Below are positions 52,736-64,000 of a stretch of 64,000 nucleotides of DNA, piece after piece (position 1 is the stretch's first letter; every line of letters begins with the position of its first letter). The DNA lies in contig BK006944.2 in NCBI GenBank assembly GCA_000146045.2, positions 288,001-352,000 of the forward strand, written 5' to 3'. Both the position numbers and the translations under genes were made by a program. The notes under the pieces are model-generated. The model did not search any database, had not been told where the DNA came from, and worked only from the letters and a program-made list of their open reading frames with translations. Source of the DNA: TPA_inf: Saccharomyces (Eukaryota).

Positions 52736-53311
52736 TCGCTGTTCTGTTACCCGCGCGGCACTACCGCATTTAATCGGAGTAGCTACTAATCAAGCAAGGG
52801 CCTCCGTTCCTCTATGACGCACCGGACATATCGCATTTCCACTATAATAGTGCAAGTAGGACGGGATAAGGCCCAAGATTATCAATGAAGACTAACACAA
52901 CGGTCTTGCCAGCCATATCCAACTCTAAACATCTTCCACGGCTGTTCAAAAACGAAGATCTCTTACCCCTCTGCGGCTTAAGGGCTCTGTTCAATTGAAG
53001 GATCCGCGGCAGTAAAGTAAATGGATGAAAAAAAAAAACTGGAAAAATAGCAACTTTTTTCAGCCTGGAAGATTTGTCATCTAAGCGAAGGAGAATGAAA
53101 CCGGAATTTTCACTCCTTCTTAGGGGCATTCAGTTTATAAATATAGTTATTCCCTGAAGTTGAGATTTACTGATTTAACATCTGGACAACTAAAAACCTA
53201 AATAATAAGACACAATTTTTTGCGGGATTTTTTTTCCTTTAGATACTTTTAACATTCATAGTAAAAAGTTCTGCTACATAGTAAAAACACATAGAAGGTA
53301 CAAGCAATAGC

Positions 53312-54373
53312 ATGATTCAATTTAAAAGTCCAGGTAACTGGCTGTTCATAGTACCCTGGATTGCCTTCATTCCATGGTATGGTATGCTGATAGCCATGCT
53401 TATTTGCTGGGCCAGTCAAGGCCATCCCATATATTGGTTCATGCACTCGGAGCAATTCCCTGTGTACATTTCAGATATAGGTGCCACTAATTTAAGGCCA
53501 CTGTTTATATCGTGCGCCGGCTGGCAGGGTCTAGGCTATGTAATCACTGTTGCCCTTGAGTTTTTTCAAAGATCCGGCTATCTGCCTTTCCAACTGAAAA
53601 AAAAAGACCCTTCTATCTCTGATTCCACATCTTATGCTGAGAAATTGCACAGCGGTAAATACTTAATGCCTCCATATTACACAAAGGATGAACGGAACCT
53701 GATTTTCGCAGCTTTTGTTCTCGGCAGCATTGGTGAACTAGCCCTTTTATTCAGTTCCATCTTCTCAACCGCCCTGTACCATCGCGTTCACATTGCTATG
53801 GTCTCTGTTTTCGTCGTCTTCATGTTCCTATCCACTTGCTGCTTGATTGCAGAGTATTTCCTCATGGGAAGGCACTATGCCTCAGTCCACCCCCTAGCCA
53901 GCCCTCATTTCAATCCTCAATCATCTGAAAAAAGCTTTAACCAAGATTATAACACTGTGGATGAGCTGCCTTGGTATAAATGGAAAGGCCATGTATGGAA
54001 TAAATTTACCATCAGTGCAACTCTAAAAGTTATATGGTTAACTCTCGCAGTTGTATGGGCCATTTGTTTTGGTGCTATCAATGATAGATCTAAGAGTGCT
54101 TGTTTCGAATGGTTGCTAGCATTTTGGTTTGGTATCATATTTATGATTCTTTCCGCCGACTTTTATTTAGGTGGAAGATACAGACAATCCCGCTATTTCA
54201 ACCACGTGGAATCATTTTCGGGTTATTACAAGTATGACAAGGCGCTAGGCCTCTACCACAGTGAAGACGTTTTGCCTTCGGACGATAACGCCGGCGTGAT
54301 TGCCACAGAAACAGCATCTTCAAATATTTACAATAATTCCTCTTCCAACGAATCTATTCAAGTAGTCGTATGA
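53312..54373 (+). CDS. SFK1: Multi-pass plasma-membrane protein (Stt4 PI4-kinase localisation factor)
   Basis: 353 aa with about six predicted TM helices. Length and position match YKL051W. Confidence 0.85.
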   Translation: MIQFKSPGNWLFIVPWIAFIPWYGMLIAMLICWASQGHPIYWFMHSEQFPVYISDIGATNLRPLFISCAGWQGLGYVITVALEFFQRSGYLPFQLKKKDPSISDSTSYAEKLHSGKYLMPPYYTKDERNLIFAAFVLGSIGELALLFSSIFSTALYHRVHIAMVSVFVVFMFLSTCCLIAEYFLMGRHYASVHPLASPHFNPQSSEKSFNQDYNTVDELPWYKWKGHVWNKFTISATLKVIWLTLAVVWAICFGAINDRSKSACFEWLLAFWFGIIFMILSADFYLGGRYRQSRYFNHVESFSGYYKYDKALGLYHSEDVLPSDDNAGVIATETASSNIYNNSSSNESIQVVV

Positions 54374-54851
54374 CCTCATATATGCTAGACTTGACTAGGA
54401 AATACCCTCTAACCTGCAAGATATATTCATCTTTTTCTTTCCAAAGCACAATTTAATAAAACTTGCAAGAACATCGTCATCATTTCCCCCTTTTATTTTT
54501 GTTATCCCCGTTACTGATGTAACTAATACCTAATTCTATGCTTCTCAATCTGTATAGTAGTTTTCCTTTTGCCGAAGAATTTCTTCTGGCTGCTTTTTTT
54601 TTTGACATATTTCGCATTGTCCACAATGGTCATTGCGTTAAAAGCTAGAAATTAAAAAGAGAATATTGTTCAGCATATGTAGTTTAAGTTGGCAAATTTG
54701 TTCTGCTCTTGATGTACCTAGAATAAATAAATATTAATCAGAAAAATAAAAAAAAAATAAAAGTAATGAAAAAAAATATAACAAAACCAACATTAAGGTA
54801 TATATTACAGCGAGTAGCGGCACCGGTTATCATCAAACGATTGATAGAAAG

Positions 54852-57620
54852 TTAGATAACCTCTTTGAAAAAACTTTCCTTAGGAGAGGTATTGGAATCG
54901 TTGGAATCGCGAACTCTTATCTCCGATCCCTCTTGATCGTCTTGATCATCTGTAACTTCATTACTATAATCATTTTCTATCGAACCTTGAGAAAAGCCAC
55001 TAAAAGACCGGCGGCCGTTGTCGTTACAATGGGTAAAATCGTGCCCCTTTTTTGAGTCCATTTGATCCACCACAGGCTCCCTCTTCATAGTTACAGACTC
55101 TGTTTTGGATAGTCCTTGTTTATCGGCATTCTTATTAAATAAAAATTGTTCTATCGTTATGGAGCCTCCACTGTTCGCCGCTGGTCTTGAAGATTTATCC
55201 CTCTTGTTTGCGATGGAATCTTCACCGGTGCCATCTACTGCTTGGTGCACTTTATATGACTTCACTTCATCGTCAATTAATTCATTCTCCTTATTGGAGG
55301 TTGGTGTTTTAGGCCCATCATCCAACACGCCGCTAACACCAGTGATTGACCTAGCACTGGCAGAACTATCAATATCCTTTCCTGTATTATAAGTAGAAAG
55401 GAAACGGCTTTTAACAACATCTTTTGGAGATGCACTCTTCCCTATAGGAGTCACTTTTTCATTGTTATCAGGTGTACTCATGATAACATCTCGAGAAAAA
55501 TTAGAATTATTCTTTGACTCCTCAGTGCCCCTTCTAGACCTCTTAGCCGTTTCCTTCTCCTCTTCGAGCTTCTTTTCACACTCCCGCAGCATAATGTTCC
55601 TGATTATAATCATTTCATCTACCTGTAATTCTTTCAACATACATTCTTCTGTAGCCATTTCTGCTTCTTCTTTTGCCATTTCTGCAGAAATAACCAAAGG
55701 ATCATTCACGGTAGCATCAAGAAGGTCCTTCCTTGTTGGAATTTTCTGTTTCTGTACAGCTGGTATAGCTCCACCAGCATCTGCTGTTTCCCCAAAACCA
55801 TGGATTGCAGTTTTATGTTCAGCAATGGAAGCGACAAGTCTTTCGATTTCTACCTGTATTTTGCTGCGCTCCTCCAAAAGCTCATCATACCCTCTTTCCG
55901 AATTTCCCAAATTGTCAAAGTGTGATCTGACGGCATAATAGTGTTCAATGCTCGAATTTTTGAGATCTCTTTCACATGCATCGTTCCAATCATTCAATTC
56001 ATCATTCTCTCCTGACAGGTTCTTGGACAACCTTTCCTGTAGTTCGTTTCTTAGATTTTCACGATTTTCCCTAGCATTTTCAAGTTCTTTTTCCTTCTGC
56101 TGTAATTTGATATTCATCTTTTGTACGAACTGATCATACCGTTGTCCCTCCTCGGCCTTTTTAGCTTCTTTCTCCTGTTGTTGTTTTGAAGCCATCGCTA
56201 ACAATAATTGCCCGTCGTTTTGCTCTTTTGCACGTTCCATAGAATTCCCATCCTCATATTCCTGATCAAGAACTCTTGACCTTCTCTCAATATCTTTATC
56301 AACATCACGTTGTCTGCTGGCTCGTTCATCAATTTCGTTCACCACTGGTGATATCAACTTTTTGGCGACTGCGTTAACCTCTTCTGGAGTCATCCACAAA
56401 CCACCACCCAAATATATTTTCTTTTTTTCTTCTTGTTTAACAGAATAGTGCTGTAGAGCTATGTTAACAGCAAGCTTATTGTAAGCTTGGTTACCAAATA
56501 AAAGCATGTAAGTATCGCGCGAGTCAATATCCTGCAATTTCCTATTCGCAAGCTTTTGAGCTTCATTTAGCACTACCGGAGATGCTACCTGCTTTATGTA
56601 CAGTTTCTTTTGTGCCTCTCTTGCAGCAAAATCTGGGTCTTCCAATGTCTTCGGGTCAAGATCTTTAACTGCATCAGCTGCACCCTTTGCACACATATAT
56701 TGTTGATCACTTAGCCTTTGTCTTTCATTACCAGCATGAGACTCTAAGAACTGCTCTGCGGAATGTTCAAGTTTTTCCAAAGTTCCTTTCTTAAAAACTT
56801 CTTTGTTAGCTTTTGATACACCACTTTGATCGCTGCTTTGTAATCCATTTTTAAAGTTTACCTTTTGGGGATACAACCTGTCATTAACTCTGCTAATCGC
56901 CCTTCTTTCCGCTCCATCCAATACCTTAGATAAATCGAGGGATTTGAAACCTGCAGGGTGCTGTGGATTAACTAAGTTTGCATCAAACTCATTACCAATA
57001 GGGGCACCAGAAAACCTCTTTTTTTTAACACTGGAACTGTCGGAGGTGCCCTTCATGGAATTGTCTAAAGAAGGACTGAAAGCCAATGCTTTTTGTGCAG
57101 CTAATCTTGTTAAAAAATCACGCCTTCCCTTCAGACCTAAATTGACCGTTATTGGGACGTCTTCAGGCGGGGTCAATGGAATCTTGGAAAAGGTTACTTT
57201 GAAAGCCTCACCTCTGGCCTTTTGCTCGATTGCTGTTTCGACACAGTCATCAGGCGAGACTTTCGTTCTCTTACTAGCTAAACGGGCCGCAAGATCAACT
57301 GACTCACTCTTGGAGTCTCCTAAACCAAGTGTTTTGTAATTAGCCGGAGTATTCAAAATGCCATACTTCTGTTTCGCACGGAATATCGCCTCTTTACTCA
57401 ATGGTTGTCCACTCTGCTGGTAAGTAGAATATATAGTTTTCAGTTTGTGAACGCTATTTGAAATTGAGCGAGGTGTTTCTGGAGCAGCGCGATGCATTTC
57501 AGAAGAATGTAGCGATTCTTGCAAAGTGGATACTCTAACCGCCTTTCTTTCAGTAATTTGCTCAGGGGACGTCTGGACAGATTCCACATCGGTGGTTTGC
57601 AACGCAGATATTAGTGACAT
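54852..57620 (-). CDS. YKL050C: Large coiled-coil / charged protein of unknown function YKL050C (EIS1 paralog)
   Basis: 922 aa with a K/E-rich central coiled-coil. Length and position match YKL050C. Confidence 0.8.
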
Positions 57621-58074
57621 TATAGTATTGTACTTGTTCCTAAAGTTTTATTGTCAATCACACTCTAAAACTACTGATTTGAACTCATGTGATCACTTTT
57701 GTTTAGACATTGTAGAAAACATGGTGCTTTCTATGAAGATTTTCATGTGTTAAATACCATCTTTGAGTGCATCATTTTCCATCATGTATATCCTGCAGAA
57801 GTATCCCTTAATCAGTCTGAAAAAGAAATAACCTCTACCCTTAACCTTTGATTTGGAGCTTCATCGCGAAATATAGGGGACTGCCAAAAATGTCTTACAA
57901 AGCCAACAAGTGAACATGAAAAAAAAACTGTCAACAGCGGAGAGCACTTGTCGAACCGAAAGGTATGCTAATATGACCTTATAATAACCTTATTTAAAAC
58001 ATTTAAAGTACCTTAAGTCAATATAAACCCCGAAAAAGGGAAAAATCGGCTCCAGCCCTGAAGCACAAATATCA

Positions 58075-58764
58075 CTAAATAAACTGTCCCCTGATTCTTC
58101 TTGCTAGTTGCATGTCTTTCTTCATTATAGTAATTCTTTTTGCATGCAGCGCCAAGAGGTTTGTATGTTCCAATAATCCTACCAGATACGCTTCGCTTGC
58201 TTCCTGTAACGCCATAATCGCCATTGACTGCCAACGTAAATCCTGATCTTTAGTTGTAAACTCGTCTGTAACTTCTTTCACTAGCCTTGCAAATGGAATT
58301 TTGGAGATTAATAAATCCGTGGAACGTTGGTATTTTCGAATTTCGTACAGAGCTAATTCACTAGGAGTATATTTCTTTTCGACGCGCTTTAAGCTCTGCT
58401 TTCTTTGTTTTTCCCTCCTTTTCTGTCTAACATATCTGTCTAAGGCATATGAATGAGTTCGCACTGGTGCAGGTACTTCAGTTTCCATTTCAGCTTCTTC
58501 TTCATTTTCTGTCTCGATTTCTAGATTACCTGCTTGGTCTTCGTAGTCTGTTTCGATATCTAGGTCACTTTTTGAGCTTTCATAACGTCTTCTTTCCTCT
58601 CTTCTTGGAAACAGGTTCTTTGTCGCTCTTGTTCTCTGCAATAACGATAACGCACGATCGTTAATAGATTGTTGGTCTCCTGCAAGCCTGTTGACGTTAC
58701 TGAGTGATCTTCCACTCGAATCACTTTGAATAGCAGAACTAACCCATTGTTGTTTACTTGACAT
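58075..58764 (-). CDS. CSE4: Centromeric histone H3 variant (CENP-A)
   Basis: 229 aa. The C-terminal histone fold is H3-like (...[26 protein letters not shown]...[44 protein letters not shown]) and follows a long unique N-terminal tail. Confidence 0.96.
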   Translation of the reverse strand: MSSKQQWVSSAIQSDSSGRSLSNVNRLAGDQQSINDRALSLLQRTRATKNLFPRREERRRYESSKSDLDIETDYEDQAGNLEIETENEEEAEMETEVPAPVRTHSYALDRYVRQKRREKQRKQSLKRVEKKYTPSELALYEIRKYQRSTDLLISKIPFARLVKEVTDEFTTKDQDLRWQSMAIMALQEASEAYLVGLLEHTNLLALHAKRITIMKKDMQLARRIRGQFI

Positions 58765-59213
58765 GATTATGTTATATTAGTATTCTTTCTATATTCAGTC
58801 CTTCTTCTGTTTTTTATAAAGTAAATTCTCAAGATTATCTACTACTGTTTTTAAGAGATGTTTTCTCAATATTTATCGATGAAGTTTTGTTTTTCTTTTG
58901 TTTTCAATTTACTTCCGCGATTTCGCGACACAGTGGGATCAAGATAAATCATATCGTTCGATATTCTCGCAATAGAAGACCACTAAACTCTCAATTGATA
59001 AATGTTGATGTCGATTTCAATTATCAATGATGGTATATTATGAATATTATCTTTAGTGTTATTAATACAAATGCAAATGTGGGTAATTTGCCGTTTCTAT
59101 ATATATATTTATGTATTTACCATAACCAAGTAAATCAATTAATAATCATATTTCACATCGGCTATACGATTATCAGCTAACCCAATCCGACAGATATCAT
59201 CCTGTAGTTTCAT

Positions 59214-61136
59214 CTATATTTGACCATTATCTGCAAAGTTCAGATACGTTTTTACATCTTCTACTGTTTCTCGAATGTCACTATCTTCCGAATTTATGTA
59301 TGCTTTAAAGTTGAGAATATTACTTGAATGAGCAAGCTTTCTAGCCCCTGAATTGTTAACCGTGCGCTTTCCAACAGTCCTATCCATTAGTGGGGAACTC
59401 GGTTTGTCCTGTGAGCAATTAATATGGGTTCTGTTCCCGTTCTCTTTAGGGGAACTCTTTAGTCTTATCATGGCTTTGATAGGTGTTGGGATTTTCAATG
59501 ACGAATGAGAGGATGACTCGCTTCTGTCAGTTTTCATGTCCGAATTCTGCTTATCATTATTCACAGTCAAATTAGGTAAGCTTTCATTTGACCTACAAAA
59601 AGTATCTAAGAAATCCGTAACCTGAATGGCTTCCTCCCCTAACGATGAACAATAATCGCTCGAGTCTGGCGAAGATCTAAGGACCGTAGTCGAAAAACAT
59701 TCTTTATCCGGTTCCTCGTCGATATGTATCGAAGGTGTTACTTTACTAGTTGCAGATACCAATACCTTGTCTTTCCCTTTTCCTGAGGTCTTTTTCTTTC
59801 CTTTTTTAGTCAGTAGCCTACCAAAAAATCTTCTTACAGGACCTTCGTTTCTTACGGGGTTCACACTGGACGATGAAATTTGACTGTGATTCCTAGAATC
59901 TATGGGCTGGTCACGCGACAAAACCTTTACTAAATCCTGAATACTTATGCGTAAAGTAACGTCTTTCTCCAATAACCTTTTAATGACTAAATCGTTTAAA
60001 GTATTACCATTTATTTTGGAACTCAATGATACTTCGATGATTTTGTGGTAGGTTTCGAATTCATTTTCCCCGAAAAATGGCAGCTCGTTGTACAGTAAGC
60101 AGTATAGTGTCACTCCCAATGACCAAATATCCAACTTAAAGCCATCCGTCACAAAATCTCTTTTGGAATTGCCCAAATGACATAGCTCTGGTGCAATAAA
60201 TGCCGGAGTACCAACAATTTTGTTCAATTCCCTCTGAAAACAATCTTCAAAATTAGCATCGCTGAAAGGTAATGATTGGGGAGTGAAAATACAACTTCCA
60301 AAATCAGAAAGTTTCGCTACTTTTTCTTCTTCATCCAATAAAATATTGGACGGTTTGATATCACGATGAATACAACCCTGAGAATGCAAATATTCCAACC
60401 CTTTTGTCATATCCTCCAGGATTTTTTTGGCAAATGTAGAAACACTACAATTTGAAATCACAATTTTTTTCCATTGCGGTAAAATATCTTCATCATCGTC
60501 ACGTTTCCACTGTAGTTCACCAAGGCTGCACCAATTAGTGACTATCCAGATAGATTCGCTGAAAGGAGAGTCCAAGCATTCTATTAGTCGCACAATATGA
60601 ACATTATTTCGAAGTCTTGAAGCCGCAAAAATTTCCCACCTACATTTTTCGATATTCATAAGTCTCATAGCCTCATTACCACTCATATTTGTCGTTATTT
60701 TTCCTTTACTCTTCCAAAGCTGGATTTGCCTCATTACTTGATTTACTGAATATTGCTGGGCATTCCAAGGTTTTTTTGGTATAATCTTGACAGCAACAAC
60801 CTTGCCTAAAGTAGAACTGTACGCTTTTCGTACATAACCAAATTGTCCACTTCCTGCAGAGACTCCTAGCGTATATTGGTTTATAGTTTTCTTATCTTGG
60901 TCACTAACAGTTATTTTTTTCACATATGGTCGAATTTCATCCAGGATCGTGTGTATATTTTCTCCTATAATTGTACTATAGGTTGGTTTCTGTTGAGAAA
61001 AAGAAGAACCAAATGAAGATGTCTGGCTCGTAGGCGTTATCGGGGGACTATCTAACTCATCCTCTCTTATGCACGATTGCTGGGATAATGGTGCCCATTC
61101 CGGAATTAATGTCGGTATAAGCTGTCGAGGTGACAT
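59214..61136 (-). CDS. ELM1: Ser/Thr protein kinase (bud-neck kinase upstream of Snf1 and Hsl1)
   Basis: 640 aa with kinase subdomains (GxGxxG-like GSGQFGYV, VAVK, HRDIKPSN, DFG and APE-like motifs) and a long Ser-rich C-terminus. Confidence 0.9.
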   Translation of the reverse strand: MSPRQLIPTLIPEWAPLSQQSCIREDELDSPPITPTSQTSSFGSSFSQQKPTYSTIIGENIHTILDEIRPYVKKITVSDQDKKTINQYTLGVSAGSGQFGYVRKAYSSTLGKVVAVKIIPKKPWNAQQYSVNQVMRQIQLWKSKGKITTNMSGNEAMRLMNIEKCRWEIFAASRLRNNVHIVRLIECLDSPFSESIWIVTNWCSLGELQWKRDDDEDILPQWKKIVISNCSVSTFAKKILEDMTKGLEYLHSQGCIHRDIKPSNILLDEEEKVAKLSDFGSCIFTPQSLPFSDANFEDCFQRELNKIVGTPAFIAPELCHLGNSKRDFVTDGFKLDIWSLGVTLYCLLYNELPFFGENEFETYHKIIEVSLSSKINGNTLNDLVIKRLLEKDVTLRISIQDLVKVLSRDQPIDSRNHSQISSSSVNPVRNEGPVRRFFGRLLTKKGKKKTSGKGKDKVLVSATSKVTPSIHIDEEPDKECFSTTVLRSSPDSSDYCSSLGEEAIQVTDFLDTFCRSNESLPNLTVNNDKQNSDMKTDRSESSSHSSLKIPTPIKAMIRLKSSPKENGNRTHINCSQDKPSSPLMDRTVGKRTVNNSGARKLAHSSNILNFKAYINSEDSDIRETVEDVKTYLNFADNGQI

Positions 61137-61462
61137 TTCATGCTAAGTAATTATTGTTAACCTGGCGTTCAAAAAATAATATCTATGCGAGTAAGTTTGT
61201 AACACCTAAAGAAGTATCATCGGGGGGTTTTCAAGGCCAAATTAGTTCATAGGACTAGAGACTGTTGCATTGTTTATTTGTTGCTACCTCATCATTCACA
61301 AATTATACGTTTAAAGTGATGTAAAATCATGCTATATACTAATTTGGCATAACCTCTGTTGAGCGGCATCATTTAATGATTTACTTCTATTTTAATAATT
61401 ACTTCATTTCGAACAACTTAATAGCTACTTCAAGAAGGATCAAGTAAGTTCCTCGAAGCACT

Positions 61463-63013
61463 ATGAATTCCGGAGGTGAAGAACCAACTATAAAGCCAAA
61501 TGTATTTAATATTACTCAACTTTTAAACTCAAATGGTGAAAAACCGGGAATTGCTTGCATCTTCTTAAGTAAATTTGACATGAAAAAGGGAAATATCATA
61601 ATATGGTCTAAAAGTATTAATGGTGCGGCAATTGACTTAAGCAATATTGAATTTAAATCGTTACCAGCCGGTATTCACGAACAAACTGACGATGTTGTCA
61701 ATTTTGTAGTTCCTAAAGAATTAGATGTCTGTCAAACTGCCAAGACGACAACTTATGATTACGGCATCGCCTATTTCAAACAAAATTCGTTCGATATTAT
61801 TGAGAATGACAATCGTATTGATAGGAGTAAAGTTCAAATGTTTTCTCTTGGTGTAATTATCGATGTCCAAAATGCCTCATCAGATAGTAAAAAGCACTTT
61901 TATAAGGAAATATACCATGCGTATGCTGCCAACAGATACTCAAGCTATCTAGAAAGTTTACTCGGTCAATGGATAAGGCAGCGTGATCTTGATAAGTTTG
62001 ATATTTTTGAAAAGTTTTTTGACGAGAATAACCAAGGGCACATGGCTGAAAATTCAGTAGAAGTCTTTGAACATTCACCCAAAGAAAGACGGCATTTGGT
62101 TGAATATTTGCCATACTGGACAAGGAAGTTAGGGCCTCTCATATTTCCACTTTGGAAAGCAAGTCTCCTTCAGTCAAGGATATTGATACTAGTTCCTCAA
62201 GGAGAATCGTTCGAATTGTGCAATTCTTTGGCCTATTGTGTCTTCTTAATATCAATGCTTCCAAAAAACTTGATAGGAAACCATGTAAGCGATGAATATA
62301 TTAAGCCTATTTTCACGGTATCAACATCAGATATTCCTTTTCTAGAGTCGTTCAAAAAGGGGAACGGTTATGTGGCTACGACCAGCGAGGAAATTTTGTT
62401 GTATAAGCCTGAAATTTACGACATAGTAGTCAAACTTACTTCGAGCTCAACTATAGAAGAATCACCAGAAAAAGAAGTGGAAATTCTTACCGCATCTGGT
62501 GAACAAAACAAAGCAACTCCTCTTGACTTAGAGGTGTATGAAAAACTTATACTGGGGGAGTTACAAGAGGATGCCTCTACAAATGCGACATGTCGACATC
62601 ATGAGGTGACAGAACCCATATCATGGCTACAGTTTTTAATTGATGGGTTTTTTCTTTTAACTACTGCAGGCTATCTGGTAGCGCCATATCACCTTGCAAA
62701 TAATTTCAAGATTCCGAGGCACGTTTCTGGCCCAGAACCCAACAATTCAGAAATACAGATCGCTGAAAATTTAGTTCGCTATTTTCACCGCAGAACATCA
62801 AATCTGTACAACGATCTGAAGGATGTCATACAAAAAAGTGAAAATATTGATTCAGAACAACCGATTACTATCGCAGCTTCATTTTTAACCAAGTTAAATT
62901 TGGATTGCTTTAGCAAACAAGATCATCAATTCGTCAAGGATATCGCCCTTAAATGGTTCCAAAGAAGCATTGATATTAGCAACCTACCAGAATGTTTGGG
63001 AAATCTCTGTTAA
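61463..63013 (+). CDS. ANR2: Protein of unknown function YKL047W (lipid-droplet associated)
   Basis: 516-aa ORF. Length and position match YKL047W. No catalytic motif recognised. Confidence 0.75.
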   Translation: MNSGGEEPTIKPNVFNITQLLNSNGEKPGIACIFLSKFDMKKGNIIIWSKSINGAAIDLSNIEFKSLPAGIHEQTDDVVNFVVPKELDVCQTAKTTTYDYGIAYFKQNSFDIIENDNRIDRSKVQMFSLGVIIDVQNASSDSKKHFYKEIYHAYAANRYSSYLESLLGQWIRQRDLDKFDIFEKFFDENNQGHMAENSVEVFEHSPKERRHLVEYLPYWTRKLGPLIFPLWKASLLQSRILILVPQGESFELCNSLAYCVFLISMLPKNLIGNHVSDEYIKPIFTVSTSDIPFLESFKKGNGYVATTSEEILLYKPEIYDIVVKLTSSSTIEESPEKEVEILTASGEQNKATPLDLEVYEKLILGELQEDASTNATCRHHEVTEPISWLQFLIDGFFLLTTAGYLVAPYHLANNFKIPRHVSGPEPNNSEIQIAENLVRYFHRRTSNLYNDLKDVIQKSENIDSEQPITIAASFLTKLNLDCFSKQDHQFVKDIALKWFQRSIDISNLPECLGNLC

Positions 63014-63274
63014 CCACTAGAAACGAGCTAGATCATGTGAGAGAGATAGTATATGTCTTTGTAACTGTATTTTATATTTATATGTATATGGTGAATTTTA
63101 CTTAAATTCCTTGGTAGATTACATACACGACTCTGTTGCTTGTTCATTCCCTAAAAATCAGGGAATCTAGGTAAAACACATATGAACAAAGGTCTCCTTT
63201 TTTTTTTTTCTTTCATTTCTTTCATTTTTTTCATTTTTCATTTATGGAAATGTTAAGCTTTCATAAGTTCTGCA

Positions 63275-64000
63275 TCAAAAGACTAACCACAGAGCACATG
63301 CGACAATTGAAATACCAATGACAGCGGTAATAATACCTGCACCTGCCTTTGAACCCTTAGTGATATTTAATGGTGCCAAATTTGTGGGTTGCGCTTGAGT
63401 ACCTGCTGCCCCATCACCAACAGATGAACCACCATTCTCTGCCGTGTATGGTGCGGGTTTATCTAAGGCCCTCGTGTTGACCATTACTTCTAAGGCGGAC
63501 ATTTGTTCACCTAGACCATACATACCATCCCAAGTCCCATTGAACCAATTCAATCCACAGGTATGACCATCAGTACCTCCAGAACATGATTTCGCGGCCG
63601 CAATGGCAGATGTATTCAACCAAGACATAATTTGGTTCCTAGTTTCTGGCACTAGTTGTGCAGTGACACCTAAGAAACGGGCAAAATAGGCTTTGAAGGA
63701 ACGTTGATCTGTATTACAAGAATTTGGACCTTGACAAGCAGCTTCATACACAATACCATCATGGAAAAACACTTGGGAAGCGTTCAAAAACTCTTTGGTT
63801 CTTGTGTGCCAGAGGTCTGATCCCGTAAAGTTGTAAAGGTAGGCAGAGCCAGCCAACAGCAAACCTTGATTATATGTCCATTGATATGAGGTCACTTTGG
63901 TGCAATTATCATCAATGCTGACACCATCGTAAACATACTTATAGGTACCATTAGAAATTAAGTTCACACCGACCATCCACTCGTAAACTTTTTCGGCCCA
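63275..64000 (-). CDS. DCW1: GPI-anchored cell-wall glycosidase family GH76 (Dfg5/Dcw1 family), C-terminal part; the N-terminus lies beyond the window end
   Basis: The C-terminus has a Ser/Gly-rich omega region followed by a hydrophobic tail (GIITAVIGISIVACALWLVF), typical of a GPI signal. The reading frame stays open to the window edge. Position matches YKL046C. Confidence 0.75.
   Translation of the reverse strand, partial: WAEKVYEWMVGVNLISNGTYKYVYDGVSIDDNCTKVTSYQWTYNQGLLLAGSAYLYNFTGSDLWHTRTKEFLNASQVFFHDGIVYEAACQGPNSCNTDQRSFKAYFARFLGVTAQLVPETRNQIMSWLNTSAIAAAKSCSGGTDGHTCGLNWFNGTWDGMYGLGEQMSALEVMVNTRALDKPAPYTAENGGSSVGDGAAGTQAQPTNLAPLNITKGSKAGAGIITAVIGISIVACALWLVF

Overview
This window reads as a contiguous stretch of Saccharomyces cerevisiae nuclear DNA from the left arm of chromosome XI (YKL079W through YKL046C). 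The gene order and protein lengths match what I remember of S288C. That identification rests on the translated ORFs and on memory, not on a database search. Gene content is dense: 37 protein-coding ORFs including dubious and partial ones, three Pol III-transcribed tRNA genes and their associated Ty LTR remnants. Recognised ORFs include DHR2 (DEAH helicase), MUD2, LHS1, NUP100 and NUP120, YNK1, MNR2 (CorA Mg2+ transporter), MSN4, FBA1, MPE1, TOA2, TMA19, DEF1, ASK1, CSE4 and ELM1; SMY1 and DCW1 are truncated at the window edges. The tRNAs are tRNA-Trp(CCA) with its 34-nt intron, tRNA-Val(AAC) and tRNA-His(GUG). Solo Ty LTRs (delta or tau family) sit upstream of tRNA-Trp and tRNA-His, as expected for Ty integration hotspots. 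I see no multi-gene cassette and no foreign-looking coding insertion. The most interesting non-coding signals are: (i) a 12-bp minisatellite upstream of the short-chain dehydrogenase gene YKL071W whose unit junctions form 6 to 7 tandem Yap1-type response elements (TTAGTAA); (ii) a roughly 300-400 bp GC-rich island 0.5-0.9 kb upstream of MSN4, unusual for yeast, carrying several perfect palindromes and preceded by four AGGGG (STRE) motifs; (iii) five CGG-containing motifs phased at 10-bp intervals in the ASK1/SFK1 divergent promoter; (iv) an Ire1/Hac1-type UPRE core in the LHS1 promoter; (v) an inverted pair of solo LTRs next to tRNA-His. The longest ORFs in the six-frame track overshoot the likely true start codon for DHR2, LHS1, STB6, BLI1 and ASK1.
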